The notes under the pieces: generated by a model
Database searches by the model: none
The model's input: only the letters and a program-made list of their open reading frames with translations
What the model was told of the DNA's origin: nothing
Translations under genes and position numbers: made by a program
In this document: piece by piece, positions 1-12,740 of the stretch
Position numbering within the stretch: the stretch's first letter is position 1
How the letters are laid out: each line of letters opens with the position of its first letter
DNA from: Candidatus Helarchaeota ASGARD archaeon Hel_GB_B
Lineage (GTDB): Archaea; Asgardarchaeota; Lokiarchaeia; Helarchaeales; HEL-GB-B
Reading direction: 5' to 3'
DNA: 25,690 nt
NCBI GenBank assembly: GCA_005191425.1
Contig: SUPR01000046.1
Location: forward strand, 1 to 25,690

Positions 1-618
1 GATTATTATTGTAGGTGGAAGGCATTACACTATATAGCAAAAAGATTTTTTCAACCATTAATTGCAACAGTTATTGAATTAGTTAATAGAGTAAAATTCA
101 ATATTATAAATGATTACAAAAACACGAAAAAAGGTGTTATTAGATGGACAATTCAAGATATTAATGGTAATATAAATTTAAGAGGAGAAAAGGATTTTAC
201 AGTATTACCCTGCACTTCAATTGAAATCGATGAAATTAACTTAGATAAAAAAATTCAGAAGATAATAAAAAAGAGTATTATATTTTATAGATTATATAAT
301 AAAAAAAATGAATTAATATTTAGAGGATTTAGATTATTTACTGCTCCTAAAAATCTTAAATTAAAAAATCCAAATCTTACATGGGAAATTAAAAAAATTA
401 ATGACAAAAAATTCGAGTTATCGATCAAAAGCCAAGAAATTGCTCTTTACATAAATATTAGGTCTAACAAATTTGATTTTATAGCTTCAGATAATTATTT
501 TTCATTAAATAAAGGAGAAAATTGTAAAATCATATTAAATCTTAATAATAAATTAACTATGGACGAATTAATATCGAATATTAATGTGGAATCTTTGTTT
601 GAACTAATGAATGATTGA
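1..618 (+). CDS. GH2 beta-mannosidase, C-terminal part (5' end outside window; not in ORF track)
   Basis: Frame 1 is open from base 1 to TGA at 616-618 and reads DYYCRWKALHYIAKRFFQP...TAPKNLKLKNP...SDNYFSL. This matches the DYxGRWKALHY and SDNYFxL motifs of beta-mannosidase C-terminal regions. Confidence 0.85.
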   Translation, partial: DYYCRWKALHYIAKRFFQPLIATVIELVNRVKFNIINDYKNTKKGVIRWTIQDINGNINLRGEKDFTVLPCTSIEIDEINLDKKIQKIIKKSIIFYRLYNKKNELIFRGFRLFTAPKNLKLKNPNLTWEIKKINDKKFELSIKSQEIALYINIRSNKFDFIASDNYFSLNKGENCKIILNLNNKLTMDELISNINVESLFELMND

Positions 619-642
619 AATAAAACATTTTATAAAATAGAA

Positions 643-1212
643 TTAATTTTTCGTCTCATTTTTATTTATTTCGGACAGCATATAATTCAATAATCTTTTT
701 GCAGTTTGTTCAAGATCGCCACTATTATCTATAACAAAATCAGCGGTAGGTAAATCTTGATTTTTTCGAGCTCTTTTAAGACGACTTTTCATTAACTTTT
801 TATTTTCTCTACCACGTTCTTCTAATCTTTTCTTGGTTATTTCAAAAGGTACTTTTACAAAAATCACTTTAACATTAGGATATCTTTTTCTGGCTAGTGG
901 AATAATTTTGCGGCTTACATTAATGAGAACTGGATGACCATTTGACAGCCAATTATCAATTTCTTTTTTTATTCCATAATAAAGTCCATAAATATGCCAG
1001 GATAGTGCAAAAACTCCGTTATTTTTTAATTTTAGAAAAGATTTCTCATCAATTGATTCAAAGTCTTCAGTTTCAGGTGATGGAGGCCTGGTTATTACTC
1101 TTATTGGAATTTTCAATTCTTTTAAATTATTAGGATATAATTTTTTCACTTCTTTTATTAATGAATCTTTTCCACTGCCTGAATTACCAACAATAAGAAA
1201 TAGTATACTCAT
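643..1212 (-). CDS. phnN: Ribose 1,5-bisphosphate phosphokinase PhnN (guanylate-kinase-like fold)
   Basis: P-loop VGNSGSGKD, RVITRP, FALSWHIYGLYYGI, VLINVSR, RLEERGRE and VIDNSGDLE, all typical of PhnN; 189 aa. Confidence 0.8.
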   Translation of the reverse strand: MSILFLIVGNSGSGKDSLIKEVKKLYPNNLKELKIPIRVITRPPSPETEDFESIDEKSFLKLKNNGVFALSWHIYGLYYGIKKEIDNWLSNGHPVLINVSRKIIPLARKRYPNVKVIFVKVPFEITKKRLEERGRENKKLMKSRLKRARKNQDLPTADFVIDNSGDLEQTAKRLLNYMLSEINKNETKN

Positions 1213-1231
1213 TTTTTATTCAATTATTTAT

Positions 1232-2278
1232 TTAATAATAACCTAATTTCTCGCATATTGTTTTTGCTATACTCAGATTACGAATACAAATATCTTTTGG
1301 TTCCCATGGCCATTCACAACCAGCAGCAAACATATACATCCCCCCAGGTTTTCCAATCTCTAAAATATTAGATACATCATTAATAATTTCTTCAGGGGTT
1401 GAGTCTCTTTTACCTAGTAGTGATGTATTGGAATTTCCTCTAATGCAGATTTCATTACCTATTTTTTGTTTTGCTAATTTTAAATTAACTTGATAATCAA
1501 TATCTAATATAGATGCGCCGGACTTGGCTATTAATTTGAGCATATCATTTCCATTTTTATCAATAGTTGAATTATCGCCACAAGTATGATAGAGTACTGG
1601 AACATATTTTTGAATATCCTTAAATAACTTCTGAGTATATTCAAGACAAGCTTCTTTATATCTCCATGGACCAATTTGGGAAATAGCTGAATCTCCAGCC
1701 CCAATAATATCTGCACCAGCTTCAATTTGTAATTTTGCAAATTCTAGTTGGACAGGAACAATTCTTTTAATGAGTTTTTTAATTATATCATTCCATTTTT
1801 TGTTGTTGATTTTAAATACATTCATCATTCCAAATAAAGATACAATTTCTGCAAACGGTGCTTCAATCCACCCAATTATACATTGTTTAGTCCCGACTTT
1901 TTTGGACAAAATACTTATTGCTTTAACACGTTCCATAATTCTATCAGAACTAGTTAAATCAGGAGTTTCCATATTATCGAATTCTTGCCAATTTAATTCA
2001 GTCCCTTTTTTAGGGACAGGCGTATGTCCAGAGAAATCAATTTCAACGCCCCAAGCACTTGCCTCTCTATATGCATCTGTAGAAACATTTACATGGTCAA
2101 TACCAAAAAATTCTGAGCATTTAATTTGAGAATTAGCCAGTATCTCTGGATCTTTCACATACTTACCAGAATAATCAATATCATTTAAAACTGCTGCTAA
2201 ATGCATAATAAATGGGTTAAATGGAACTTTTTCAGGTATTCCACTAATTGCAGACATAGTTAAATCTCTTGAATTCAA
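1232..2278 (-). CDS. MtaA/CmuA/UroD-family (methylcobamide:thiol methyltransferase-like) protein
   Basis: TTG start. N-terminus MNSRD...G.PEKVPFNP, IIGWIEAPF, QIEAGADII and IRGNSNT. Zn-binding HxC...C motif retained (YHTCGD; AAGCEWP). Confidence 0.85.
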   Translation of the reverse strand: MNSRDLTMSAISGIPEKVPFNPFIMHLAAVLNDIDYSGKYVKDPEILANSQIKCSEFFGIDHVNVSTDAYREASAWGVEIDFSGHTPVPKKGTELNWQEFDNMETPDLTSSDRIMERVKAISILSKKVGTKQCIIGWIEAPFAEIVSLFGMMNVFKINNKKWNDIIKKLIKRIVPVQLEFAKLQIEAGADIIGAGDSAISQIGPWRYKEACLEYTQKLFKDIQKYVPVLYHTCGDNSTIDKNGNDMLKLIAKSGASILDIDYQVNLKLAKQKIGNEICIRGNSNTSLLGKRDSTPEEIINDVSNILEIGKPGGMYMFAAGCEWPWEPKDICIRNLSIAKTICEKLGYY

Positions 2279-2388
2279 AAAATCAACTCATTAAAAACCT
2301 TTTATTTAATATTTTAATAGATTGTCATTGATTATAATGATTACATTAAATTATCTTATTTTATTATTTATGGGACAATAGATTCTTT

Positions 2389-4152
2389 TCATTTAGTATT
2401 TTTATCATGTATATAAAGTGATGTGTTTAATTTTTTTAATTTTTCAATATCGATTTTGATTATCTCTCTATCATAAGTTAAAAGTCCGTTAATTTCGCCT
2501 TCTACATCAGTAATTTGAGTATAAATAGCAGCACATAAACCTTTATTTATTAATGGTTTTAATCTATTAATTAATTCTGTATATTTAATAACTAATTTAT
2601 TTTGATCTGATAATTTACTATAAGAAAAACTATGTTTTTTCTTTTTCCATAGATGATTATTAATTTTTAGACCTAAACCACCAAATTCTCCTAGAACTGC
2701 AACTCTATGATTTTCTATTTTAGGACATTTTGGGCCCACATATTTATGAATATCATGAATATCACCAACTTTCTTATCAAACCAACCACTTGCGTTATCA
2801 ATTAATCTTGATAAATCATGTTTTTTAATATAATTTACTACTTTTTTAGTTTCAAATTGCCCCCACCCTTCATTAAATGGTATCCAAACAATAACAGAGG
2901 GAAAATTGTAAAGAATTTCAATCATAGATTTAAGGTCTTTATAATAATTTTTTTTACATACTTTATTTCTTTTTTTACCAATAAAAAAAAGAGACTTACC
3001 ACCATTTGGCATATCCTGCCAAACTAGCATTCCAATTTTATCACAATGATAATACCATCGAGATGGCTCGATCTTTACATGTTTTCTAATCATATTAAAG
3101 CCAAGTTCTTTTGCTATCTCAATATCGTATTTCAAAGCCGAATCAGTAGGTGCAGTATATAACCCATCTGGCCAATATCCTTGGTCAAGCACACCATACT
3201 GAAAAATTTCTTTATTATTTAATAATATTCTGGGAATTCCATTATTATCTTTTCCTATACTTATTTTTCTCATTCCAAAATAACTTTCTATTGAATCAAT
3301 TTGTTCATTATTTCTTAAAATAGAAATATTTAAATCGTAAAGAAAAGGAGAATCTGGACTCCATAAATTTGGAGATGGAATATCCAGAATAAATGATTTG
3401 TTTATTTCTATTGTCTTGGAAACTATTTCTCTTTTTTTATCCAAAATCTGTATAAAAATAAAATCTTGGGGATTGGGATTCTGTACCATTATTTCAATAT
3501 TCAAATTTTCTTCATCAATGTTAGGAGTAATCTTTAAAGATGTTATAAAGGTTGTTGATATCGGTTCTAACCAGACTGTCTGCCAAATTCCAGAAATAGG
3601 AGTATAAAAAATCATAAAAGATCTTAGTAATTGCTTACCTCTCTCTTGACAACTTTTTCCAGTAGGATCCCATACAGATACAATTAATTCATTTTCATTA
3701 TTATTAATAAATTCTGAAATCTCAAATGAAAAAGGTATATAGCCGCCTCTATGGTCTCCAATCCTTTTTCCATTTATCCAAATTGTGCTCTCCCAATCAA
3801 TAGCCCCAAAATGCAATAATATTTTCTTACCATTCCATGATTCAGGTATTGTAAAAAACCGACGATACCATAACTTATTTTTTGGAGTTAAACGTTTTTT
3901 TACACCAGATAATGCAGATTCGATAGGAAATGGAACTAAAATTTTTCCATCAAAAGATTTAGGTATTTCATTATCCTTTTTAGGTCGTATTGCATAGTCC
4001 CATAGTCCATTTAAATTTATCCATTCATTTCTTCTGAGTTGTGGCCTTGGATATTCAGGTAATGGGTTTTTTGGACTAACATCTTGAACCCATCGAGTTA
4101 CAATTTTGTCTTTAATGGGATGCCAAATCTCTTGAGAACCATTATTTTTCAT
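2389..4152 (-). CDS. Glycoside hydrolase family 2 (beta-galactosidase/glucuronidase-like)
   Basis: PLPEYPRPQ, WINLNGLWDY, LHFGAIDW, ISGIWQTVWLE, GFNMIRKHVK, acid/base PFNEGWGQ and nucleophile GEFGG. No signal peptide seen. Confidence 0.92.
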   Translation of the reverse strand: MKNNGSQEIWHPIKDKIVTRWVQDVSPKNPLPEYPRPQLRRNEWINLNGLWDYAIRPKKDNEIPKSFDGKILVPFPIESALSGVKKRLTPKNKLWYRRFFTIPESWNGKKILLHFGAIDWESTIWINGKRIGDHRGGYIPFSFEISEFINNNENELIVSVWDPTGKSCQERGKQLLRSFMIFYTPISGIWQTVWLEPISTTFITSLKITPNIDEENLNIEIMVQNPNPQDFIFIQILDKKREIVSKTIEINKSFILDIPSPNLWSPDSPFLYDLNISILRNNEQIDSIESYFGMRKISIGKDNNGIPRILLNNKEIFQYGVLDQGYWPDGLYTAPTDSALKYDIEIAKELGFNMIRKHVKIEPSRWYYHCDKIGMLVWQDMPNGGKSLFFIGKKRNKVCKKNYYKDLKSMIEILYNFPSVIVWIPFNEGWGQFETKKVVNYIKKHDLSRLIDNASGWFDKKVGDIHDIHKYVGPKCPKIENHRVAVLGEFGGLGLKINNHLWKKKKHSFSYSKLSDQNKLVIKYTELINRLKPLINKGLCAAIYTQITDVEGEINGLLTYDREIIKIDIEKLKKLNTSLYIHDKNTK

Positions 4153-4344
4153 TTACTAGCCCAACATTCAGCAATTAATAGATATATAATAAATTAAAAT
4201 TCATAAATAAACAATTTAAAAATTTCTTCACTTTTCCAGTTCTTCCGAATGTTAAAAATTTACCTCCATTTGTAATTTTTTTGTTTGTACCATAAATATT
4301 TGAGTCCAATATTGAAGAGATTTTACTAAAATACACAATTTCAG

Positions 4345-4719
4345 CTAAAATGATGGTAGTATATATCTATTTTCCCGAGAGTACTTATAAAATAGATTAT
4401 ATAATATCCATAAATTATAAATGACCATGGGAAATAAATAATAAAATATGCTTACAATGAATATACTGGACGAAGTTCTTATCATGAAGAAGTTGGCCAT
4501 TTTAAAGGCGGTCTCTATTCCCCATCTATCCTTATATTGGGTTGCTATTTTTTTCAAATTATGATTAGTGCGGTTTCTTATCACTTTATTGGTAGTATAT
4601 GCATGGTATAATTTGAGAGTATCTTTCTCAGCCTTGTGAATCTCCGAGAGATTTGTCCATTCACTTTCATTTTTTACAAAGAAGACATTGAATTTATAAT
4701 CTCTGCTGTTTTCTCTCGG
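4345..4719 (-). mobile_element. Truncated IS4-superfamily (ISH3-like) transposase remnant, C-terminal DDE part only
   Basis: Frame open from 4719 to TAG at 4345. It contains YKDRWGIETAFK (Y-2-R-3-E motif) followed by IRTSS...FYYLF...YNLW. N-terminus absent (stop at 4720-4722). No terminal inverted repeats recognised. Confidence 0.75.
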
Positions 4720-4753
4720 TCAATCTTTGTTGATTGAAATTTAGAAATGATAA

Positions 4754-7507
4754 TTAGCTTGATTCAAATATATATCTTCCCGATTTTATTTCGAATAACG
4801 CCCAATTTTTTTTAAACTCAATAAATTTGATCCAATCTGAATCAAAAATAGATTTACCATTCTCGGTTATGGAATTTTTATTCTTAGCAGGAATATAAAT
4901 TGTAGCAGTAGTATTACAAGGTATTTTTAATTCTAAATTAAACTTATTATTTTTAAAACTCCAGCTCACGCTGATTCTACCATAAATGGAGTCATAATAA
5001 CCTTTTGCCCAAGTCAAGGTCTTATAAGGAATGGGTCTAATTATTATATGTTTATAACCAGGGTGTTTTTCGTCAAAATTAATTCCTAAAATTATTCTAT
5101 ATATCCATTCGCCAATAGCTCCTATTGAATAATGATTAAATGAATTCATCATTGGTGATTGAAAACCTCGTCCTTTTACATAACCATCCCATCGCTCCCA
5201 CATTGTTGTAGCTCCATTTTTTATCATATAATACCATGATGGAAATCTCTCGCTTTGTAACAATTTGTATGCTAATTCTACATAACCCCAATTTATCAAC
5301 TCCAGCATCATCATAATTGTCGTATGAAAACCAGTTGAAATTCTATTGTCATACTTTTCTATAGATTTTATCAGATTCTTTACTGCTTTTTCTCTTAAAT
5401 TTTCAGGTAATAAATCAAAATGTAAAGCAATGGCATAGCCTGCTTGAGTATCACCTTCTATTTTACCTGATTCAGAAACAAATTGTTTTTTAAATATTTC
5501 TTTAATTTTTAATGACAAATTAGAATATTTTATTGCGTCATCTTCATTTCCAAGTAATTTTGCCATTTTTGAGAGAATATTGGTAGAGTAAGCAAAAAAA
5601 GCGGTCGCAAATACTTTTTTAGGTATTTTACCCCCTTTACTGGGATAATCTTTTGATTTGATAGTGTCGCCATTTAGCCAATCATTGTATGCCTGTCCAG
5701 TATGATGTTTCCAAATTAAGTTAGGATTTTTTGAATAGACATGATCAATAAATCGTTTTGCTGAATTATAATGGTGTTCTATCACCCGTTTATCGCCATA
5801 ATTCAAGAAAATTAACCATGGGAGAATAACACCACAGTCAGCCCATCCAGGAGCATTTAAAGTAAATTTTATTCCCATTTTTAAAAAGTTATTGGGTGAA
5901 AAATCAGAGTACCGGCCATCTTCTATTTGAGCATCTCTAATGTCTTTAATCCATTTAGTATAAAATGCTGCCATGTCCATGTTAAATATAGAAGTTTGAC
6001 AAAATATATTTGCATCACCCATCCATCCAAGTCGCTCATCACGCTGTGGACAATCTGTTGGAACACTTATCAAATTATCAATTTGTGTCCAGAAGATATT
6101 TTTCCATAGTTTATTTAACATTGGATCAGAACTTTCAAAAGCACCAGTTTTCCTTATGCTCGAAGAAATGACATAAGCTTTTAAAAAATTAAGATCCAAT
6201 TTAGTTCCTTGTTTTAGACCACTAACTTCTACGTATTGAAATCCATGATAAGTAAAATAGGGGTGATATTCTTTTTTTCCATTTCCATTATAGATGAATT
6301 TATCGGTTGCTTTAGCAAATCGTAAATTTTTGGTATATAATGACCCATCTTCTTTTAGCATTTCACCATGTCTAAGTTTAATTATTCCATCTTTTTCACA
6401 AATAGATTCATTTATAATTATTTTACAAAAACCAGCTATATTTTGCCCAATATCGAATATAAAAATACCAGGTTTTGGTTCTGAAATAGAAGTTGGACTT
6501 AATTCTTTTATAATTTTTATTGGCTCATTCATTTGTGCTACCAAATTTACGTTTATACTGTCGTCTATGACCACATTTTTCCATTCAGAATCATTAAAAC
6601 CTGAGATGTTCCAATTTGGAATTTCTTTTCTTGAATCATAAATTTCACCAAGATAATGGTCAGACCGCCTAATAGGACCATCATAATAAATTTTCCAACT
6701 AGAATCAGAGTTAATTATTCTTTTTTCATCATTAGAAAAAGTAATTTCCATTTGAAATAAAAATCTACGGTCATTTCCCCATATTCTTGATCCAGTTATA
6801 AAACCAATATTACCAATATACCATCCATCTCCGAGAATTGCACTAATAATATTTTCTCCTCGTTCCAATAAATTAGTTACTATAAAAGTCTGATATTGAA
6901 CTCTATAATCATAATCTGTCCATTCAGGAGCTAAAAAATGGTCGCCAACTCTTTTACCATTAAGAAATAATTCATATTCTCCCAAAGCAGAAACATAAAT
7001 TACTGCTTTCTTGATTTCATGATCAATTACAAACGATTTTCTTAATAAGGGAGAAGGGTCTTCCTTCCTTTTCCTTAGAAATTTTCTGATTTTATTAAGA
7101 AATATTTTCTTTTTAGGAGGTCCAATCCATTTTGCAGACCACTCATCAGAATTGAGTAACCCTATCTCCCAATAAGCAATTTCACTCCAGTTAGAAGGGT
7201 TATTGTCCTTGTCCCAGACCATTACCTTCCAAAAACATTCCATTCTAGATTTTAATGGCATACCATGATATTCAATTTGGTTCTGTATATCCGACTCAAT
7301 TTTCCCTGTATCCCATAAATTACCTTCATTTTTTTCGATTAAATCTTTACTATCCGAAACAATGATCCTATAAGCATTTTGGAAATCTCCTCTTCTATCA
7401 GAGATTAATTCCCAACTTAACCTCGGATTTGTAATATCTATTCCAATTGGGTTTATTAAATATTCACACCTTAAATTAATTACTTTTATTGTTATTTTAG
7501 ACACCAT
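4754..7507 (-). CDS. Alpha-L-rhamnosidase, GH78
   Basis: LRCEYLINPIGID..PRLSW, PLLRKSF, SALGEYE, FTYHGFQYVEV, catalytic PTDCPQRDERLGWMGD, GATTMWERWDG and MNSFNHY. Confidence 0.95.
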   Translation of the reverse strand: MVSKITIKVINLRCEYLINPIGIDITNPRLSWELISDRRGDFQNAYRIIVSDSKDLIEKNEGNLWDTGKIESDIQNQIEYHGMPLKSRMECFWKVMVWDKDNNPSNWSEIAYWEIGLLNSDEWSAKWIGPPKKKIFLNKIRKFLRKRKEDPSPLLRKSFVIDHEIKKAVIYVSALGEYELFLNGKRVGDHFLAPEWTDYDYRVQYQTFIVTNLLERGENIISAILGDGWYIGNIGFITGSRIWGNDRRFLFQMEITFSNDEKRIINSDSSWKIYYDGPIRRSDHYLGEIYDSRKEIPNWNISGFNDSEWKNVVIDDSINVNLVAQMNEPIKIIKELSPTSISEPKPGIFIFDIGQNIAGFCKIIINESICEKDGIIKLRHGEMLKEDGSLYTKNLRFAKATDKFIYNGNGKKEYHPYFTYHGFQYVEVSGLKQGTKLDLNFLKAYVISSSIRKTGAFESSDPMLNKLWKNIFWTQIDNLISVPTDCPQRDERLGWMGDANIFCQTSIFNMDMAAFYTKWIKDIRDAQIEDGRYSDFSPNNFLKMGIKFTLNAPGWADCGVILPWLIFLNYGDKRVIEHHYNSAKRFIDHVYSKNPNLIWKHHTGQAYNDWLNGDTIKSKDYPSKGGKIPKKVFATAFFAYSTNILSKMAKLLGNEDDAIKYSNLSLKIKEIFKKQFVSESGKIEGDTQAGYAIALHFDLLPENLREKAVKNLIKSIEKYDNRISTGFHTTIMMMLELINWGYVELAYKLLQSERFPSWYYMIKNGATTMWERWDGYVKGRGFQSPMMNSFNHYSIGAIGEWIYRIILGINFDEKHPGYKHIIIRPIPYKTLTWAKGYYDSIYGRISVSWSFKNNKFNLELKIPCNTTATIYIPAKNKNSITENGKSIFDSDWIKFIEFKKNWALFEIKSGRYIFESS

Positions 7508-7916
7508 ATTATTGATAATTTAAATAAAATTAAGTAGAATATCATTAATTTATTTTGTGTTTAATTAATTAATAAATTAATTTTTTAAAAAGTACTGGAA
7601 TAAATAGATGGAAAATTATTTATATTTTAGATTATAAAAGATAATGTCTAGTTTTTTTTAAAATATTTGTCTTAGTTAAAAATTTTTTAAAATTTACGAT
7701 TATTATATTATTTGGATTTCTATTTCAACATTTAAATTTCTAAAATTTGCGTTTGTATAAAAAGATTTACATTAAAATTCTTTTATAATAAAATGGATTT
7801 ACTTCATTTACAATCAAAAATTTATATTTAATTAGATATCTTTTATAAATGAAAGAAGATAAATGAAGATAAATAAAGATTAAAAAAGTGATAAATAATA
7901 AAATTGGGATGTATAA

Positions 7917-11090
<3,174 letters not shown>

Positions 11091-11159
11091 TTTAATCATT
11101 TCTTTTTATTCAATTCGTTTTATTTTAACTTTAGTAAGTAGTTCTCATGTTTGAAATTC

Positions 11160-12017
11160 TTAAGAATTAATATTATTACTAAGAATTCTGATTATTCTGG
11201 GATGAATATATTCGCATATTTTTATATTAGAACCACCATGTGTATTTATCAGATATTTTCCATCACATACATTTTCTGCACAGTTTTTTACCAATTTTAC
11301 AAGTTCTAAAAAGAAATTCTTAGATAATCCACGACTACCATAATCTCCTAAGGCGGTATCATGTCCTAGTAAATGTACGATCAAGTCAGGCTGAAATTCC
11401 TCAACTCGTCTAATAAATTCATTTTTTACTTTTGATAAATATTCCGTATCATTAGTAGAATATCCAGAATCAATACAAATTTTCGTACCATTGTCTTCAA
11501 TTTTATTTGTATCGCAAAAACATACATGTAATATGTTATGTTTTCCAAACGTAATAGCTCTTGTACCGTTTCCATGGTGCGAATCGGTATCGAGAATTGC
11601 AATTTTAAAATTAGTAAATTTCTGTTCTAAGTTTGCAATTATACCACCACTAACAGAAGCATAAGTTCCACCCCATCCATTATCAGGTCCTGCATGATGC
11701 CCAGCAGCGACACCAAAACACAGAGCATTATGAAATTCGTTTTTCATTATTCTTTCTGCAGCATCAACACATCCACCAACAGTATATCTAGCACCTAAAT
11801 AATCCCATCTCCTTTTTAAATATTCAAAATATTCTTTTGTATGAACTTTTAACAATAATTCTTCAGAAATTAAAGGTGGTTCAATTAATCGAACATTTTT
11901 TAAGTTTAATTCGGATTCCATTACTTTAGGAAAATTTTGAAATTTATTATTAATGATATCCCAAATTTTCTTGTTAAATAATTCATGAAAGTATACAGCT
12001 GTTATATTTAAAACCAT
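11160..12017 (-). CDS. Histone deacetylase/AcuC-family Zn hydrolase, divergent
   Basis: LLLKVHTKEY, GHHAG dyad, DTDSHHGNGT and GHD Zn ligands, FQPDLIV. The ATG at 12017 is preferred over the GTG at 12026, which is part of a GTGAT SD-like motif. Confidence 0.85.
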   Translation of the reverse strand: MVLNITAVYFHELFNKKIWDIINNKFQNFPKVMESELNLKNVRLIEPPLISEELLLKVHTKEYFEYLKRRWDYLGARYTVGGCVDAAERIMKNEFHNALCFGVAAGHHAGPDNGWGGTYASVSGGIIANLEQKFTNFKIAILDTDSHHGNGTRAITFGKHNILHVCFCDTNKIEDNGTKICIDSGYSTNDTEYLSKVKNEFIRRVEEFQPDLIVHLLGHDTALGDYGSRGLSKNFFLELVKLVKNCAENVCDGKYLINTHGGSNIKICEYIHPRIIRILSNNINS

Positions 12018-12435
12018 AAAAATCACTAATTATTATTAATTTTTGATAATATAATTTATAAAGTTCCAATTAATTTAAAGAATTCTACACATGTAATGCT
12101 TATTCAAAAATTGTTTAAATATGATGCATAATAAATATCTGTAACTTTTTATTAATCGCATAAAAAAATATATGTTAAATTTAAGTAAAAAAATAAAAAA
12201 ATAAGAGAATATATTCTATAAAAGAATTTACAGATATATTCATTTTAAAAATAGATATCTCAGAATTAAATAGTAAAATATCGTATATATTTTTCAAATT
12301 TCTGAATAAAATTAATAAAATTTTTGTACTATTTAAAAAAAGATTATTGGTTTAATTTAATAATAAAGACAAATGAGCTTAAAAGTATAAAAATTAATTA
12401 AGACATTAAAAGATAATAATTAAAAAATATGAAAG

Positions 12436-12711
12436 ATGATCAAAATGGCAAAAATTGAAGTCAAAAAACCAACGAAAGAAGAGATTGAAGAAGCTAAAAA
12501 CTGGGGTATCTGGGAAAAGGAACCAAGCGAATTTGATTGGTATTATGACACACCGGAAAGTTGTTATATATTAGAAGGAGAGGTAACAGTTAAAACTGAA
12601 GATGGAGATGAGGTAACTATTAAAGCTGGAGATCTTGTTCACTTTCCACAAGGATTAAAATGTGTTTGGAATGTAAAGAAAAAAATTCGTAAACATTTTA
12701 CTTTTAAATAA
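12436..12711 (+). CDS. Cupin-domain protein (DUF861/cupin_3, EutQ-like)
   Basis: WGIWEKEPSEFDWYYDTPESCYILEGEVTV...IKAGDLVHFPQGLKCVWNV. Confidence 0.9.
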   Translation: MIKMAKIEVKKPTKEEIEEAKNWGIWEKEPSEFDWYYDTPESCYILEGEVTVKTEDGDEVTIKAGDLVHFPQGLKCVWNVKKKIRKHFTFK

Positions 12712-12740
12712 TTTCTTTTATTTTTTAGATTAGATAAAAG

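Noticed and set aside
942-3997. Short ORFs 942-1133, 1531-1740, 1770-2129, 2818-3027, 3398-3607 and 3785-3997
   Set aside because: They lie antisense or out of frame within well-supported genes, have no motifs, and show the I/F/S-rich composition of shadow ORFs.
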